Both the position numbers and the translations under genes were made by a program. Source: the human T2T-CHM13v2.0 reference genome, Homo sapiens. From it: a stretch of DNA of 64,000 nt. The stretch is taken from the NCBI RefSeq assembly GCF_009914755.1, contig NC_060939.1, one strand, 5' to 3'. Of this stretch, positions 49,288-64,000 are shown one piece after another. Below the pieces are notes generated by a model. That model was given only the letters and a program-made list of their open reading frames with translations. It made no database searches and had not been told where the DNA came from. Positions within the stretch are counted from its first letter, which is position 1; every line of letters starts with the position of its first letter.

Positions 49288-50150
49288 CTTATATCCAAAA
49301 GACAGGCAATAACAAATGCTGGCAGGAATGTGGAGAAAAGGGAACCCTTGTACATTGTTGGTGGGAATGTAAATTAGTACAACCACTGTGGAAAACAGTT
49401 TGGAGGTTCCTAAAAAAAACTAAAAATTGAGCTACCATATGATCCAGCAGTCCTACTGTTGGGTATATTTCCAAAAGAAAGGAAGTCAGGACATGGAAGA
49501 GATATCTGCATCCCTATGTTTGTTGCAGCACTGTTTACAATAGCTAAGATTTGGGAACAACCTAAGTGTCCATTAACAGATGAATGGATAAAGAAAATGT
49601 GGTACATATACACAGTGGAGTAGTATTCAGCCATAAAAAAGGATGAGATCCAGTCATTTGCAACAACATGAATGAACTGGAGATCACATTAACCGAAATA
49701 AGCCAGGAATGGAAAAACACATATCGCATGTTCTCACTTATTTGTGGGATCTAAAAATCAAATCAATTGAACTCATAGACATAGAGAGTAGGAGGATGGT
49801 TATCAGAGGCTGAGAAGGGTAGTGGGGGGTTGAGGGGAGGTGGAGATGGTTAATGGGTACAAAAAAATAGAAAGAATGAATGAAACCTACCATTTGATAG
49901 CACAATAGGGTGACTATAGTCAATAATAAATTAATTGTGTATTTTAAAATAATGTAAGTGGATTGTTTGTAATTCAAAAGATAAATGCTTGAGGGGATGG
50001 ATACGCCGTTGTCCATGATGTGCTTATTACACATTGCATGCCTGTATCAAAACAGCTCATGTACCCCATAAATACCTATACCTACTAGGTACCCACAAAA
50101 ATTTAAAATTAATAAAAAATTTTAAAGCAAAAAATTAATAAAACTCAAAA
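49288..50150 (+). mobile_element. L1MA-type 3' end with poly(A)
   Basis: ORF2 C-terminal and 3' UTR motifs; ends tacccacaaaaatttaaaattaataaaaaa. Confidence 0.88.
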
Positions 50151-53100
50151 AAACCTGAAACATTTCAGATATCCCCAAAATAATAGGAACTAATATTACC
50201 AACATTTGTATATATCTTTTATTTTATCTGTTGCTGTCTCAAGTTTTGTGTTGGATATTTCATATATTAGTTTTCAGTCTTTTAAATTTTCTCATAAAAG
50301 CATTTAAGCCTATAAATTTCCCTCTGAAAATCACTTCAGCTTCTTCCCATAAGTCTTGAAATTTAGTATTTTTCTTATTATTTAGTTCTAAACATTTTGT
50401 AAGTTCCATGTTTTACTGTGATTTCTTTTTTGATCCATGTGTTATTTAGAAGTACACCTTAACATTTTGAAATGTATGGATTTTTTATTCTATGGCCATT
50501 CTTTTCTAGTTTAATTGCATTGTGACCAGTAAATGTAGATTATGTGTAATTGGTACTTTAACGTTTGCTGAGGTTTTTATTTACTTATTTATTGCCTGGT
50601 ATGTGGTCAGTATCTATAGTTGATGCTTACTATCAATGTATTTGTCTAGTATTTGTCAGTATTTTGAAGCTATGTTTCTAGAAGCATACAAGTTTAAAAT
50701 TAATATATCTTCTTGGTAATTGTTCCTTTTATTGTTATGTATTAACTCTCTTTATTACTAACTCCTTCATTAAGCAAGTATTTTATGAGCATGGGCTATA
50801 TGCCAGGCATTGTTCTAGGTAGTTGGGATATAACAGGACACTAATAATACTTATTACCTTAATGTTTATTTAATGTTAATACCAGGCTTTTCTGGTTATT
50901 TTTCTTTGGTATATCTTTTTTATTTCCTAACCTTTTTAGAAAAATTTTTAATTTGATATAATTTCAGAAAATGTTGTAATAATAGTATAAAGAATTCCCA
51001 GTACAAAATGCACCCGGATTCTCTAAATGATAACATTTTGCTACATCTGCTTTATCTTCTCTCTTGCTTACTTTCTCCCTTTTTCCTTCTCCATATATCA
51101 GTTAATATATACTTTTTTTCAACCATTTAAGAGTAAGTTGCTGGCATAATGCCTCTTTATTGCCACATACTTCGGTATGTATTTCCTAAAAACAAGGAAT
51201 TGTCTTATAACAACAGTACCACTATCAAACTCAGGAAATTAACATTGATATGATGCCATTTATCTAATCTATAGATCTTATTTGGATTTTGCCATTTGTC
51301 CCAATAATGTTCTTTATAGCAAAAGAAAATACAAGATCATGCATTGCATTCAGTTGTTATATCTCCTTAGTCTTCTTTAATCTAGAAGAGTCTTTTTTTG
51401 TATTTCATGACATTGAAATTTGTGAAGAGTATGGCAGGAATGTCAGAGAAAAGATGCTGAGTTTTTTTCAGTGTATATGAAGTATGTATTCTTTAACTTC
51501 CAACCTTTCTCTTAAAAAGAATGCATAGCCCCCCTTTTAAACATATAATCTGAGAATCTGTCTTATTACCAGAGACTTTAGTCTATTGTACTAATTGTAA
51601 TTACTGATATGTTTAGATTTTTTACTTAGATGTTATTTCATGCTTCCTATTTGTTATATTTTCCCTATGTTTTTATTTTCTTCTGTCTTATTTTGGGTTG
51701 ATAGTGTTTTCTCTGTTCTTTCTTATTCACTTTAATGCTTACTCTTAGCATTTTAAAATATACACTTGACTTAAATCACAGAGTTAATACACATCTCTAC
51801 ACTCTTATCAGATAAGGACCTTAGAATCATTTAATACAGTAACCTTTCCATTTTACATGTTTTTGTTGCCTAGTATTTTCTTTTTATTCTTTTACCCCCA
51901 AAATTAGACATTTTAATTGCTATTGTTTCCAGTCAGTGCTTATTTGGATTTGCCCACATGCTTGTTTGGGTTCACCACTCCTTCTGCATCTCTGTCTATC
52001 CTTCTTCCCAAAATATATCATTTAGAAAAAGTTTCCTTGAGATAACTCTGAAGTCTCTCAGTTTTTGTTTATCAAAAAATGAGTTTATTTTGCTTTTATT
52101 CATGATTGATGGTTTGACTTGACTGACAGTTATTTTTTTCCCAGACGTTTGAATATCATATTCCATTGCCTTTGAGCTTCTGTTATTGTCATTAAAATGT
52201 CTACTATCATTTGTGTGTGTCTAGGGTATCTTCTTTTCCTTCCTCTGGTTGCCTTTAAGATTGTAAGATTTCTTTTTGAAGTCCTTCAGATTTACTATGA
52301 TATGTTTAGGTGTGGAACTATCTTATTTTATTAATTTGAAACAGACATTTTCCATATTCCAACTCTGAAATCTAGGTATGTCTTACAATCTATAGCATGC
52401 TTAAATCAATGTTATACAGGCTACAGCAATTTCATTGCCTAAATATATGTGGACTTGGTTATGCTGTTTGTACTATTGTCATTTCAGTTGTTGGTACTGT
52501 ATGTTTTGAGTTTAATCACTGTTCAAAATGCATTTTAAAATATTACACCATGATTTGGCATTGAAATGAAACATTCTATTCAAAAAGTTATGGAAATAGG
52601 GCAGCAAAGACATTAAGTTTAATATTAGTGAGACAAATTATTTTTCATTGGAAGAATGGCCGCAATTCTACCTTCTCTTGCTAATTAACAATCAAATACT
52701 TTAAAAGGAAGATAGCCATGTATTACTGAAGCTGTATTACATTTGTTACTGAGATAGATTCAGAGAGATTTTGCCTATCATGTGTCAAGCAATGCAACTG
52801 AAGGCAGAAGAAATTGAGGAAACCCCTTGGAATAGATGAAAGAAATTTCAAAATAACAAGAAGCTGTGTGAACAATTCATATTGGTGCTTTCTTTGTCTT
52901 ATAGTATCAAAACATACAGAATGGGTATCAGTATTTGGAAGAAAATCCCATATACAATAATGGAACACACTTTTAGGATATACTGCATCATCAATGTTCT
53001 TAATGGCATAGAAGACAATATTGTGTGAAAAGCATGGACATTATTAGTTGAAAAGTGATTGAGAAGTTTAAATCTAAATATGAAGACTTTTCCTTCATAC

Positions 53101-53531
53101 TTTATTGAGGGATAATTTAGGTACAATAAAATACACAATCAACTGTACAGTTCAATAGCTTCTATTTAATCTGAGTAATTTCATGTGACTGATATTTCTA
53201 TCACCTCAGAAAGTTTCCTTGTGCCTCTTTCTAGTTAGTACCCTCCCCTGCCCCACAGGTATTCTGACTTCTATCCCTGTGGATTAATTTTGCCTGTTTT
53301 TGAAAAGTACATATATAAAGATTATGTACTCTTTTGTATATTCAACATAATGTCTTGATATTCATCCATTTTGTTGTGCATATCAGTAGTTTAAAAAATT
53401 ATTGAGCTGTATTCCATTGTTGAAATATCATACAATTTGCTTATTCATTTTTCTGTTCACAGGCACATTGGTTATTTCCAATTTTTGGCTCTTACAAATA
53501 AAGCTGCTGCGGATATTCTTGCAGTTTTTAA

Positions 53532-53666
<135 letters not shown>

Positions 53667-53794
53667 TAGTTTTAAGTTTACATATATATTTTGGTGGACA
53701 AATGCTCTCATTTCTCTTAGGTAAATATGTAGGAGTGTTATTACTGAGCCATAGGGTAGGTGGATGTCTAAATTTATTAGAAACTACCAGTTTT

Positions 53795-54391
53795 TTTGTT
53801 TTTTATTTTTTATTTTTATTATACTTTAAGTTTTAGGGTACATGTGCACAACGTGTAGGTTAGTTACATATGTATACATGTGCCATGTTGGTGTGCTGCA
53901 CCCATTAACTTGTCATTTAATATTAGGTATATCTCCTAATGATATCCCTACCCCTTCCCCCCACCCCACAACAGGCCCCAGTGTGTGATGTTCCCCTTCC
54001 TGTGTCCATGTGTTCTCATTGCTCAATTCCCACCTATGAGTGAGAACATGCGGTGTTTGGTTTTTTGTCCTTGAGATAGTTTGCAGAGAATGATGGTTTA
54101 AATTTTTGCAATCTACTCATCTGACAAAGGGCTAATATCCAGAATCTACGAAGAACTCAAACAAATTTACAAGGAAAAAACAAACAACCCCACCAAAAAT
54201 TGGGCAAAGGATATGAACAGACACTTCTCAAAAGAAGACATTTATGCAACCAACAGACACATGAAAAAATGCTTATCATCACTGGCCATCAGAGAAATGC
54301 AAATCAAAACCACAATGAGATACCATCTCACACCAGTTAGAATGGCGATCATTAAATAGTCAGGAAACAACAGGTGCTGGAGAGGATGTGG
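53795..54391 (-). mobile_element. 5'-truncated, 5'-inverted L1PA
   Basis: Minus-strand L1PA 3' UTR 53795-54099 joined to a plus-strand ORF2 piece 54100-54391; 16-bp TSD agaaactaccagtttt at 53779 and 54392. Confidence 0.93.
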
Positions 54392-54921
54392 AGAAACTAC
54401 CAGTTTTATGAAGTGATTATACCATTATACTCCCAGCAGCAATAGAGAGTTCTCATTGCTCAAAATCCTTGCCAAAGTTTGTCAGTCTTTATAATTTTAG
54501 CAATTCTATGATTCTCATTGTGCTTTTAATTTGCATTTTCTTTATTACTAATGATGCTGAACATCTTTTCAAGCATCTTTTCATCTTTTATGAAGTATCA
54601 GTTCAAATCTGTTACCTGTTTGAAAAAATTAGGTTATCTTTTTATCATTCTAGATGCAGGTCCTTTGTTTGATATATATATATTGAGTGTATTTTCTCCA
54701 TGTAAAAAGGCTTGCCTTTTTACTCTCTTAACAGTGTTTTTGATATGTAGAAACTTCTAATTTTAGTGAAGCTCAGTTTAGCAATTTGTTTTTGTTAGTT
54801 GTTATTATCTTTTGTGTTCTGTCTGAGAAATCTTTTCCTGTCCCAATATCATGACTATGTTCACCTACATTTTCCTCCAGAAGGTTTATAGTTTTACCTT
54901 TCTATTTAGATATGTGATTCA

Positions 54922-55235
54922 TTTTTATTTTCATTTATTTGTTTATTTATTTGAGACAGAGTTTCACTCTGTTGCCCAGGTTGGAGTGCAGTGGCTCGAA
55001 CATAGCACACTGCAGCCTTGACCTCCTGGGCTGAAGCAATCCTCCCACCTCAGCCTTCCATGTAGCTGGGACTACAGGCACATGCCACCACACCTGGCTA
55101 ATTTTTTTATTTTTTGTAGAGATGGGGTCTTGCCATGTTGCCTAGGCTGGTCTCAAACACCTGGGCTCAAGTGATCCTCCCATCTTGGCCTCCTACAGTG
55201 TCAGAGTTTACAGGCATGAGCCACCATGCCCAGCC
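54922..55235 (-). mobile_element. AluJ-like
   Basis: Reverse-complement Alu with cagccttgacctcctggg. Confidence 0.9.
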
Positions 55236-55819
55236 AGTCATCCATTTTTAATTAAGTTTATGTATGCTGTGAGGTAGGGGATCATAGTTCATTTTTCCCA
55301 CATAGGGATATCTATTTTCTTCATTATCTTTTATTTAAAAAACTTGCTTTCCCCACTGAATTAAACTGTTGTCTTTGTTGAAATCGAGTACTAATCAAAT
55401 GGATCTTTTTTCTGGACCCTCTATTCTGTTCCATCTATTCGTCTACGTAATATATACCAGATCCAGTCACATCTTTAGGCTCCACTTTTAGTTCTAGCTC
55501 TTTTGCCCTTTCTACCGCATCTATATAGTAAGTAGAGATATTCTGGAAGTTCAACAAATTTATTTTGTGTAACTTACTTTTTATGTATGCATAAAAACGA
55601 TATTCAGTAAAAAAATCTGGTTAAGTCTAAAAGAGCTCTTTCAGTAATAAACACAAATTTTAAGTGATATATTATTCTACTATAAGTTAATTTTAAGTTT
55701 ATTTTCCCCAAGTGCTGAATAAAATAGTTGTAAGATAATGTTAGATTTAATAAAATGTGGTAATTTTATTAGCATACCTAATATTTGTGTTTCCTAAATC
55801 TGCAGATTCATAACTTTCA

Positions 55820-56233
<414 letters not shown>

Positions 56234-56496
56234 TAAACACCTGCTAGATATAGTATGGACCTTTTCATTCTATTCTTTGTTTCTATAATTTTCATCATTC
56301 TTATTTCTCTCTGCTTCATTTCTTCATTCTTATCACTTATCTGGTTCTACCTTTGAATTCACTAACTTTATCCTCAATTTATCTAATTTGATTTTCAGTC
56401 CATCCATTGAGTTTTTAAAAATGACCGTAGTTTTTTCTTTGTAGAAGTTCTACATGAATTTTTTTCATAAATGCCCAGATGTCTTTATTTCTAATG

Positions 56497-58884
56497 CAGG
56501 TATACCTTAGAGATACTGTGGGTTCAGTTCCAGAGCACCACAATAAAGCAAATGTAGGAATAAATGTAGGAATGAGTTACATGAAGTTTTTAGTTTCCCA
56601 GTACATATAAAAGTTATGTTTACACTATACTGTAGTCTATTAAATGTGCTATAGCATTATGTCTAAAAAAACTATGTACATACCTTAATTCAAAAATACT
56701 TTAGTAATAAAAAATGCTAATGATCATCTGATCTTTCAGCAAGTTGTAATCTTTTTGCTGGTGGAGGGAGGGTCTTGCCGTGATGTTAATGGCTGCTGAC
56801 AGATCAAGGTGATGGTTGCTGAAGGTTGGGATGGCTGTGGCGTAAAACTCAGACAAAAATGAAATTTGCCTCATTGACCCTTCTTTTCATGAAAGATTTC
56901 TCTGTAGCATGAGATACTGTTTGATAGCATTTTACTTACAGTAAGACTTCTTTCAGAATTGAAATCCGTCCTCTCAAACCCTGCTGGTGCTTTATCAACT
57001 AAGTTAATGTGATATTCTAAGTTGTTTGTTGTCATTTCAGCAATGTTCATAGCATCTTTTCACCAGGAGCAGTTTCCATCTTAAGAAACTATTTTCTTTC
57101 CTCATCCGTAAGAAGTGACTCCTCATCTATTCAAGTTTGGTCATGAGATTGCAGCCATTCAGTCACATCTTTAGGCTCCACTTTTAGTTCTAGTTCTTTT
57201 GCCCTTTCTACCACATCTGCAGTTCCTTCCTTCACTGAAGTCTTGAACCCCTCAAAGTCATCCATGAGGTTTGGGATCAACTTCCTCCAAACTCCTGTTA
57301 ATGTTGATATTTTGACCTCCTCCCATGAATCATGAATGTTCTTAATAGCATCTAGGATGGTCAATTCTTTCTAGAAAGTTTTCAGTCTACTTTGCCCAGA
57401 TCCAGTAGAGGAATCACTATTTAAGGCAGCTAAAGCCTTATGAAATGTATATCTTAAATAATAATCCTTGAAAGTTGATATTACTCCTTGCTCCATGGAC
57501 TGCAGAATGGATGTTGTGTTAGCAGGCATGAAAACAACATTAATCTCCTTCTACATCTCCATCTGGGCTCTTGGGTGACCAAGTGCATTGTTAATAAGCA
57601 GTAATATTTTGAAAGGAAAATTTTTTCCTGAGCAGATCTCAATGGTGGGCTTAAAATATTCAGTAAACCATGCTGCAGACAGATATACTGTCATCAGCAT
57701 ACAACTTTGTTGTTCTGTTTATAGAGCACAGGCACAGTAGATTTAGCACAATTCTTAAGGGCCATAGGATTTTCACAATGGCAGAGGAGCATTGGCTTCA
57801 TCTTAATGTCAACAACTTTGTTAGCTCCTAACGAGAGAGTCAGCATGTGTTTTGAAGCTTTGAAGTTAGTTATTGACTTCTCCTCTCCATCTATAAAAGT
57901 CCTAGATGGTATCTTCTTCCAATAGAAGGCTGTTTCTCTATATTGAAAATCTGTTGTTTAGGGTAGCTACCTTCATCAGTTATCTTAGCTGGATTATCTA
58001 GGTAACTTGCTGCAGCTTTGACATCAGCACTTGCTGCTACTTCACCTTGCACTTTTATGTTCTGGAGATGGCTTCTGTCCTTAAACCTCATGAACCAACC
58101 TCTGCTAGCTTCTAGCTTTTCTTCTGCAGCTTCCTTATCTCTCTCAGCCTTCATAGAATTGTTGAGAGTTAAGGCCTTGTTCTGGATTAGGCTTTGGCTT
58201 AAGAGAATACTGTGGCTGGTTTGATCTTTCCAGACCATTCAAACTTTCTTCCTATTGTTTTTATTTATTAATTGTGTGTTCCACTGGAGTAGCACTTTTG
58301 ATTTTCTCCAAGAACTTTTCCTTTGCATTCATAACTTGGCTAGCTGGTGAAAGAGGCCTGGTTTTCAGCCTATCTCAGCTTTCAACATGACTTTCTCACT
58401 AAGCTTAACCATTTCTAGCTTTTGATTTTAAGTGAGAGACTTGTAACTCATTTTTTCACTTGAGCACTTAGAGACCATTGTAGGGGTTATTAATTGGCCT
58501 AGTTTTAATATTGTTGTGCCTCGAGGCAAAGGTAGGACCAAGAAGAGGGAGAGAGATGGGGGAAGTGCCAGTGAGTGGAGCAGTCAGAACACACATTTGT
58601 TGATTAAGTTTGCAACCTTCTATGGGCACAGTTTGTGATGCCCCAAAACAATTGCAATAGTAATATCACAGATCACTGATCACGGATAATCATAACAAAT
58701 ATAATAATAATAAAATTTGAAATATTGTGAGAACTACAAAAATGTGACCTAGAGACGAAGTGAGCACATGCTGTTGGAAAAATGGCACTGACTTGGTTGA
58801 TACAGGATTGCCACAAACCTTCAATTTGTAAAATTTAAAAAAAAGCACAATATCTGCAAAGCATAATTAAACGAGGCATGCATG
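56497..58884 (-). mobile_element. Tigger1 DNA transposon, near full length (2.39 kb), decayed transposase
   Basis: TIRs caggtatacct... / ...aaacgaggcatgcatg followed by TA; ORFs 57891-58238 ([19 protein letters not shown]) and 57131-57364 ([16 protein letters not shown]). Confidence 0.93.
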
Positions 58885-59990
58885 TACCTTATTTTTTCTT
58901 GTTTTTAATTTTTTTCATTGCTCTTATAAATTTAAAGATAAATATTCCATAGTCTTTATCAAGTTACTATATTTTCTTAATTTTTTGGCATTTCTTCATC
59001 TGTTGCCTGAAAGTTCTACTGACTGTTACTCATGGTAATTTTTTCTTTATAGTTTAATAGTTTGGAATAGTCAGGATGTTGCAAAGCCTGAGTTGAATTC
59101 GTGTCCTTCTAGACAGTTTTGCCAGGAGTGTTAGGGTCATGAATGCCAGGTACCATTTTTTATGAGGGGTCTTTTTAGATTATGTTTGTGATGTAAGTTT
59201 GAACTGTAAATTCCAGTGAGGGAAAGCCTATGGTTATGAAATTGAGGCTTTTTATTGATTTCCTCAAAGCTGTTAAATCTAGCTCTCCTAGATTATAAAG
59301 ACTGGACATTTCCCTAATTAGTCAGCATATCAGTGCCTTCTTACTGGTCTGGTTTTAAGTTCCCTTTCAGTTTTTGCTCTGGGGTATTAAAACAGTGTGT
59401 AGAAGAAAATCAGACTGGTGAATTGACTGATATCTATTGCTGTGTAATGGGTAGTAAACAAGTACAAAAACCAGATAAACCCATTAATGCCTTTGGATAA
59501 CTGCCAAATAATGGACTTTTTTCATTGGCATTTATATATATGATTAGAGTTTTAATATGATGGCTTGCAGCTATTAGTCCTCATATAATAAGTGTCTGTG
59601 TCACAAAGTGATAGGTGAAGCAAGTAGTTATTTTGGAATTAATTTAATAAGTCTTTTTTTTAAAAAGGAATACTTCATTGTTTTTTGTTTCCAAGCTTGT
59701 TTGATGCTTTGTGAATGAATCTGTTTACAGCTCTCAAAGTTAGAATAATTACCCCTATATATTTTTACTCTAACTTGTTTTGTATGAAAGCCTACATAGT
59801 AAAAATGAGAGTAGCTATGATTTTATTATAGACATCTTTGCCCTACTTGTTGCATGTCAGAATCCTTGGTGCATGTCAAAATCTGTTCACCTTTCTTCTT
59901 CCTTATTCCTCTAGAGGAAGCTGCTCTAAAAATAGCTCCAGTGATAGATATTCCCCACGTGATCAGATTGCTGAATCATTTAGTTCTTTT

Positions 59991-60314
59991 CTTTTCTTTT
60001 TTCTTTCTCTGTCTTTTTTTTTTTTTTTTTTTTGAGATGGAGTCTTGCTCTGTTGTCCAGGCTAGAGTACAGAGGCGCAATCTCGGCTAACTGCAACCTC
60101 CGCCTCCCTCGTTCAAACAATTCTCCCGTCTCAGCCTCCCAAGTAGCTGGGACTATAGGCACACGCCTCCGTGCCTGGCTAATTTTTGTATTTTTAGTAG
60201 AGATGGGGTTTCACCACACTGGTCAGGCTGGTCTCGAACTCCTGATCTCAAATGATGCACCCACCTCACCTCCCAAATTGCTGGGATTACAGGCACAAGC
60301 CACCACACCTGGCC
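59991..60314 (-). mobile_element. AluS-like
   Basis: TSD atttagttctttt on both sides. Confidence 0.92.
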
Positions 60315-63300
60315 ATTTAGTTCTTTTATGCAGTTTAGGGATATGGACAACAGTGCCTGAGCAGAGTAGGACAAGCATTTTTCTCAGAAAACAAATCAGT
60401 ATTTTTTTGGAAAATAAAGAATTATAATCCTCTCAAATAATCTTGTGGTAAATAATTTTTTCTATTTTTTAAAAGATTATATTTTCCAAATACATAAAAT
60501 AGTTTTGAATTTTACTTCAAAAAATGTTTTGAATATTATTTTCAGTATTATGTTTTATTAAAAATAATAAATTTAAGATAATGAGGAAATTAATAACGAG
60601 CTATAAATATTCCCCTACATGTAAACATTTTATTTCATTTTTTTCCCTCTCATCTTAGGTATGTTAACATTCTGGCTTCTTTGTTATAGTTTCTCTGATG
60701 CTGAAATAGTTACCTCCAGAAAGGATATGTTAGGGGTATTTAATGCTTGACAGTAAAATAAATACTTTTTCTTAAATAGATGAGAATTTACCTTTCTTAC
60801 ATTATCCCTAACCCCCATTTCCACTTTCCCTGTCATTCCGAAATAATTTTTAGGTAAGCAGATTGTTGAGTGCTGGCTCCTGCAGAGTACCGCCAGAATG
60901 ACTAGTTGATAAAGCAAAGGAGAAATTACTACTGGCAAGTAAAAGCACACTGCCTTGACATAGCCTTGGCTGTATCTTCAAAGGCAGAGACAGGAGATTT
61001 AGTTTGAAATTTCTTGGGGTTCTGGTTTAGGGTGGGTCTTTCAATGCAGGGGCTTAATGAAAATGGATACATTTATGATAGAATAGATTAGGATGGTTGA
61101 CAAAGCACGGTGAGGTTTTCAAAGTGAGTCTTGGACCATGATGTTAAACTTTTGTTTTCCCTGAGATTAATAGCTGTCTCAATTTAGGGCTTGTTTAACT
61201 ATCATTAATGTCCAAACTCTCCAACAAAACCCTAAAATCCCTTTCTGTATAGGCAAAGACTTCAGGTGATCTGTGTTTCATTTTTACCTCTTGGAGATAC
61301 CCTTCTAGAGCCTCCTGTCCCCTGTCTAATGAAGTCTGCTTGCATTTAGCCCTGCTATACAGATTTCATCCTTGGATTTCTCTTTGCCTCTCCTAGATGA
61401 TGAATTGTACTCCCTGAATCTTATATATATCCCATCTTTTGTTTACTCTCTTATATTAGAGGAGCCATCCCCTAGTAGTTTTTAACAGGTCTTTCTTCTG
61501 TAAATAATGCATGCATAGATAATTGATACGGTAAATACGGTGTTTTCTTTTTGTCTATTATAATGCTAGAATTTTGTTACAAAAGTATATCACAGAATTG
61601 CTAAAAAATTGGAGAAAAGTTAACATTTTCTTACAGAAATGAAATTTGGAACAACGAAAAATGATTGTGTATAATTATTTGCTTTTTAAAGTTCTGGAAA
61701 GGGTATCTATGTAAGTGATTATGAGGATATATAGAATTGAATTCTGCATTTTAGTGTTTCAACTTGTGAATATTTTTATATTTTTGATAACTCTACTAGG
61801 CAATGACATTTAATGATTTTTAAAATTTGATAAAGACGTAAAATTTTGTCTCATAAACAGAGATTAAATAATTATAATTTTGTCAAATAAACTTAAAAAA
61901 CTTTTTCTCACAAATTATATCCTGATGGAATTTGAGTTTTCTATTTTTATTGAAAAAAGTTATGTCTTAGAAGGTGTTTATAATCTCTGAAGATGGCATG
62001 CTGGAGCTCAAAGGGACAGATGTATTTTTTAAATGAGATGCCTTGATTCAAAGGATTTAAAATGTATTTTTAAAGGCTGCTACCTCTCAGTTTCTCCAGG
62101 TTGAGTGCCAATAACAATGATTGTGCCCAGAAATATCTCAGGTAGATTCCAGGAAGAATCTGGGAGAAGAGATTTCCCCAGGAATACAGAGAGGGTTTTC
62201 AGTCTGGCTATGACTTCATGTTTCTAGAGACCAGATAGGCAGCAGGCTGCCATTTCCTTTGGAAACTAGGGCCCTGGAGTGAAATGAGCCCTACCACTAG
62301 TCTATCACTCCTCCTCCATTTATGGGAATATCAGAGAGAAGTAGCTGAAAGAGATGATTTTAAAAGTTTGCCAACATATGAAGTATATCACCTACTGAGG
62401 GAAATTTGGCTGCCCTCCTGTTTCCACAGACTTACTCCTTGGCCATGAAAAGCTCTAAAAATCATTATCTCACATCTGTGGAATAGGCTTCATGGGAGTG
62501 GGCCTGAGAATGGTAATGTCAAATGAATGGTATACATAGCCAGTGTATTGATCATGGGCTATTGTATTGATTTTACACTGTTTAGGGTCTAAAGGGTTGA
62601 GAGAAGTTTGGAGAATAGTACATAGGGTAGGTAGAAAAACAAGGCAGCTTCATTTTTCCTTTGCTCCCTGAAAAACCATTAAAAAGTGGTTCTGTCCTAA
62701 TTCTATCACTTTTATATTTTCTTTGAATAACAAACTTTAAAAAAATAAATACAGCATTTTGGGAAAAGCTAGGTTTGTCAATAATTTTAATGCACTTGCC
62801 TAAACTCTTACTCGGGTCTTAGAAATGGTAGTTTTCAGATGGAGGGAAGAAAAGGAGGGAGGAAGAAAGACGATGATTTATGGAAACAGTAAAACAAGTT
62901 TTGATTTAGGATTAAATATTGGTCACAATAACATATAAAATATACTTATTTTTGTATTATTCAAATTAATGTAACTGAGAATTACTGCAAATGATACTGC
63001 CCTTAAAAACGAAAAACATTTTATATGAGACATGGCAGTATGTAACACTTTGAGGATCAGAGCACTGGAAGTCAGGATACTGGAATCTTTCCCTGTCTCA
63101 GCCTCTAGGGACTGACTGTATGTACTCCTGGGCCACCTTCCCACCACACCCTTATTCTCCCCCTGTAGTAACCTCGATTGGTCACTTTTCTAGGTGAATA
63201 ATAAAGTTGTAGACTTGGTAATTACCAAGCGTCTGTAAGATTCTGTTACTCCATTATATATAAATCTTTTCAGAAGGTTTATGTCTTTTCATGAAATGAA

Positions 63301-64000
63301 TTAGGTAGCTTTTACTTTATTTTTTGTTGTTTTTTTTTAAATAATTTGGTCCTAAGCAATTCAATATTTGTTAAGGTTAACTGTATTTAAACAGCAGTGG
63401 TATGTTTTTGGGGTGGTGTGCATAAATATAATAGGGTAGATTTCCTATTTTAAGAACCTCTGATATGAGCTTAGATGAGAAATTGCCCTTACAGTACCCT
63501 TCAGTGACACTTACCATGATTTGCTTTTAGTTTTATGGGGGAATCATTAGTGTATTGGTTCATTTGTAACTGATGGTTTATTTCCAAGGTTTTGAGACCA
63601 GTGAGTTAAATAGCTTTAAAATTCTCACTATTGTTTAGAAAGCTAATTGTATAAATTTAAATGTTAAAGCTTTTGAATGGCTTCTTTTTAACAGTGATTT
63701 TTAACAAATGTTTGATCATACTGTATTTGTGCTACAGTTGAAGTGCTGAAGTAGCATTTTGGCATCTTTCCCAAAAGCATGCTTAAAGAGGCTAGCGGCA
63801 GCGTCTCTCCCTGTCTCCTCAGTGCTTTTTACCTTGCGAGTGGTGCAGCTTGTTCTGCGGATGTACTGAAACCCTCCCATTTAATCTGCAGTGGAGGAGA
63901 GTGGAGCTCACTGTCCAGTAGAAATCAGTGATGTAGCAATGTTGCAGTAAATAGAAATGATTATATATTTCAATAGCTTAGCAAGAAGACATTTATAATA

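Noticed and set aside
57131-58238. Transposase-like ORFs suggesting a domesticated TIGD gene
   Set aside because: Fragmented by stops and frameshifts inside a TIR-bounded Tigger1 fossil.

Overview
Human (primate) genomic DNA, recognisable as the THAP10/LRRC49 locus (15q23 from prior knowledge). THAP10 lies complete on the minus strand: 3 coding exons (19557-19129, 10195-10048, 9937-9741), 257 aa, N-terminal C2CH THAP zinc finger. LRRC49 starts head-to-head from the same CpG island on the plus strand. Seven coding exons (237 codons, SDS22-like LRRs) can be stitched with GT-AG sites between 20180 and 46480, and the gene runs off the right edge. The shared promoter carries ETS sites and a near-perfect RFX X-box. 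The rest is intronic repeats: about 17 Alu/FLAM, several L1s (one twin-primed L1PA), L2/MIR/MER5, a near full-length Tigger1, a split Tc2/Kanga-like element and three ERV1 LTRs. Most notable observations: (i) an Alu-derived upstream LRRC49 exon (MDCQAE) that would nest THAP10 antisense inside an LRRC49 intron; (ii) a 229-nt phase-1/phase-1 coding-like exon broken by one frameshift; (iii) a 43-nt poison exon too close to exon 5 to be co-included; (iv) clustered LC8/DYNLL and SUMO motifs in the THAP10 tail; (v) several template-switch scars, including a 36-bp hairpin of form A-(AB)'-B. Repeat subfamily names come from memory of consensus sequences and their boundaries are approximate. No database searches were run.
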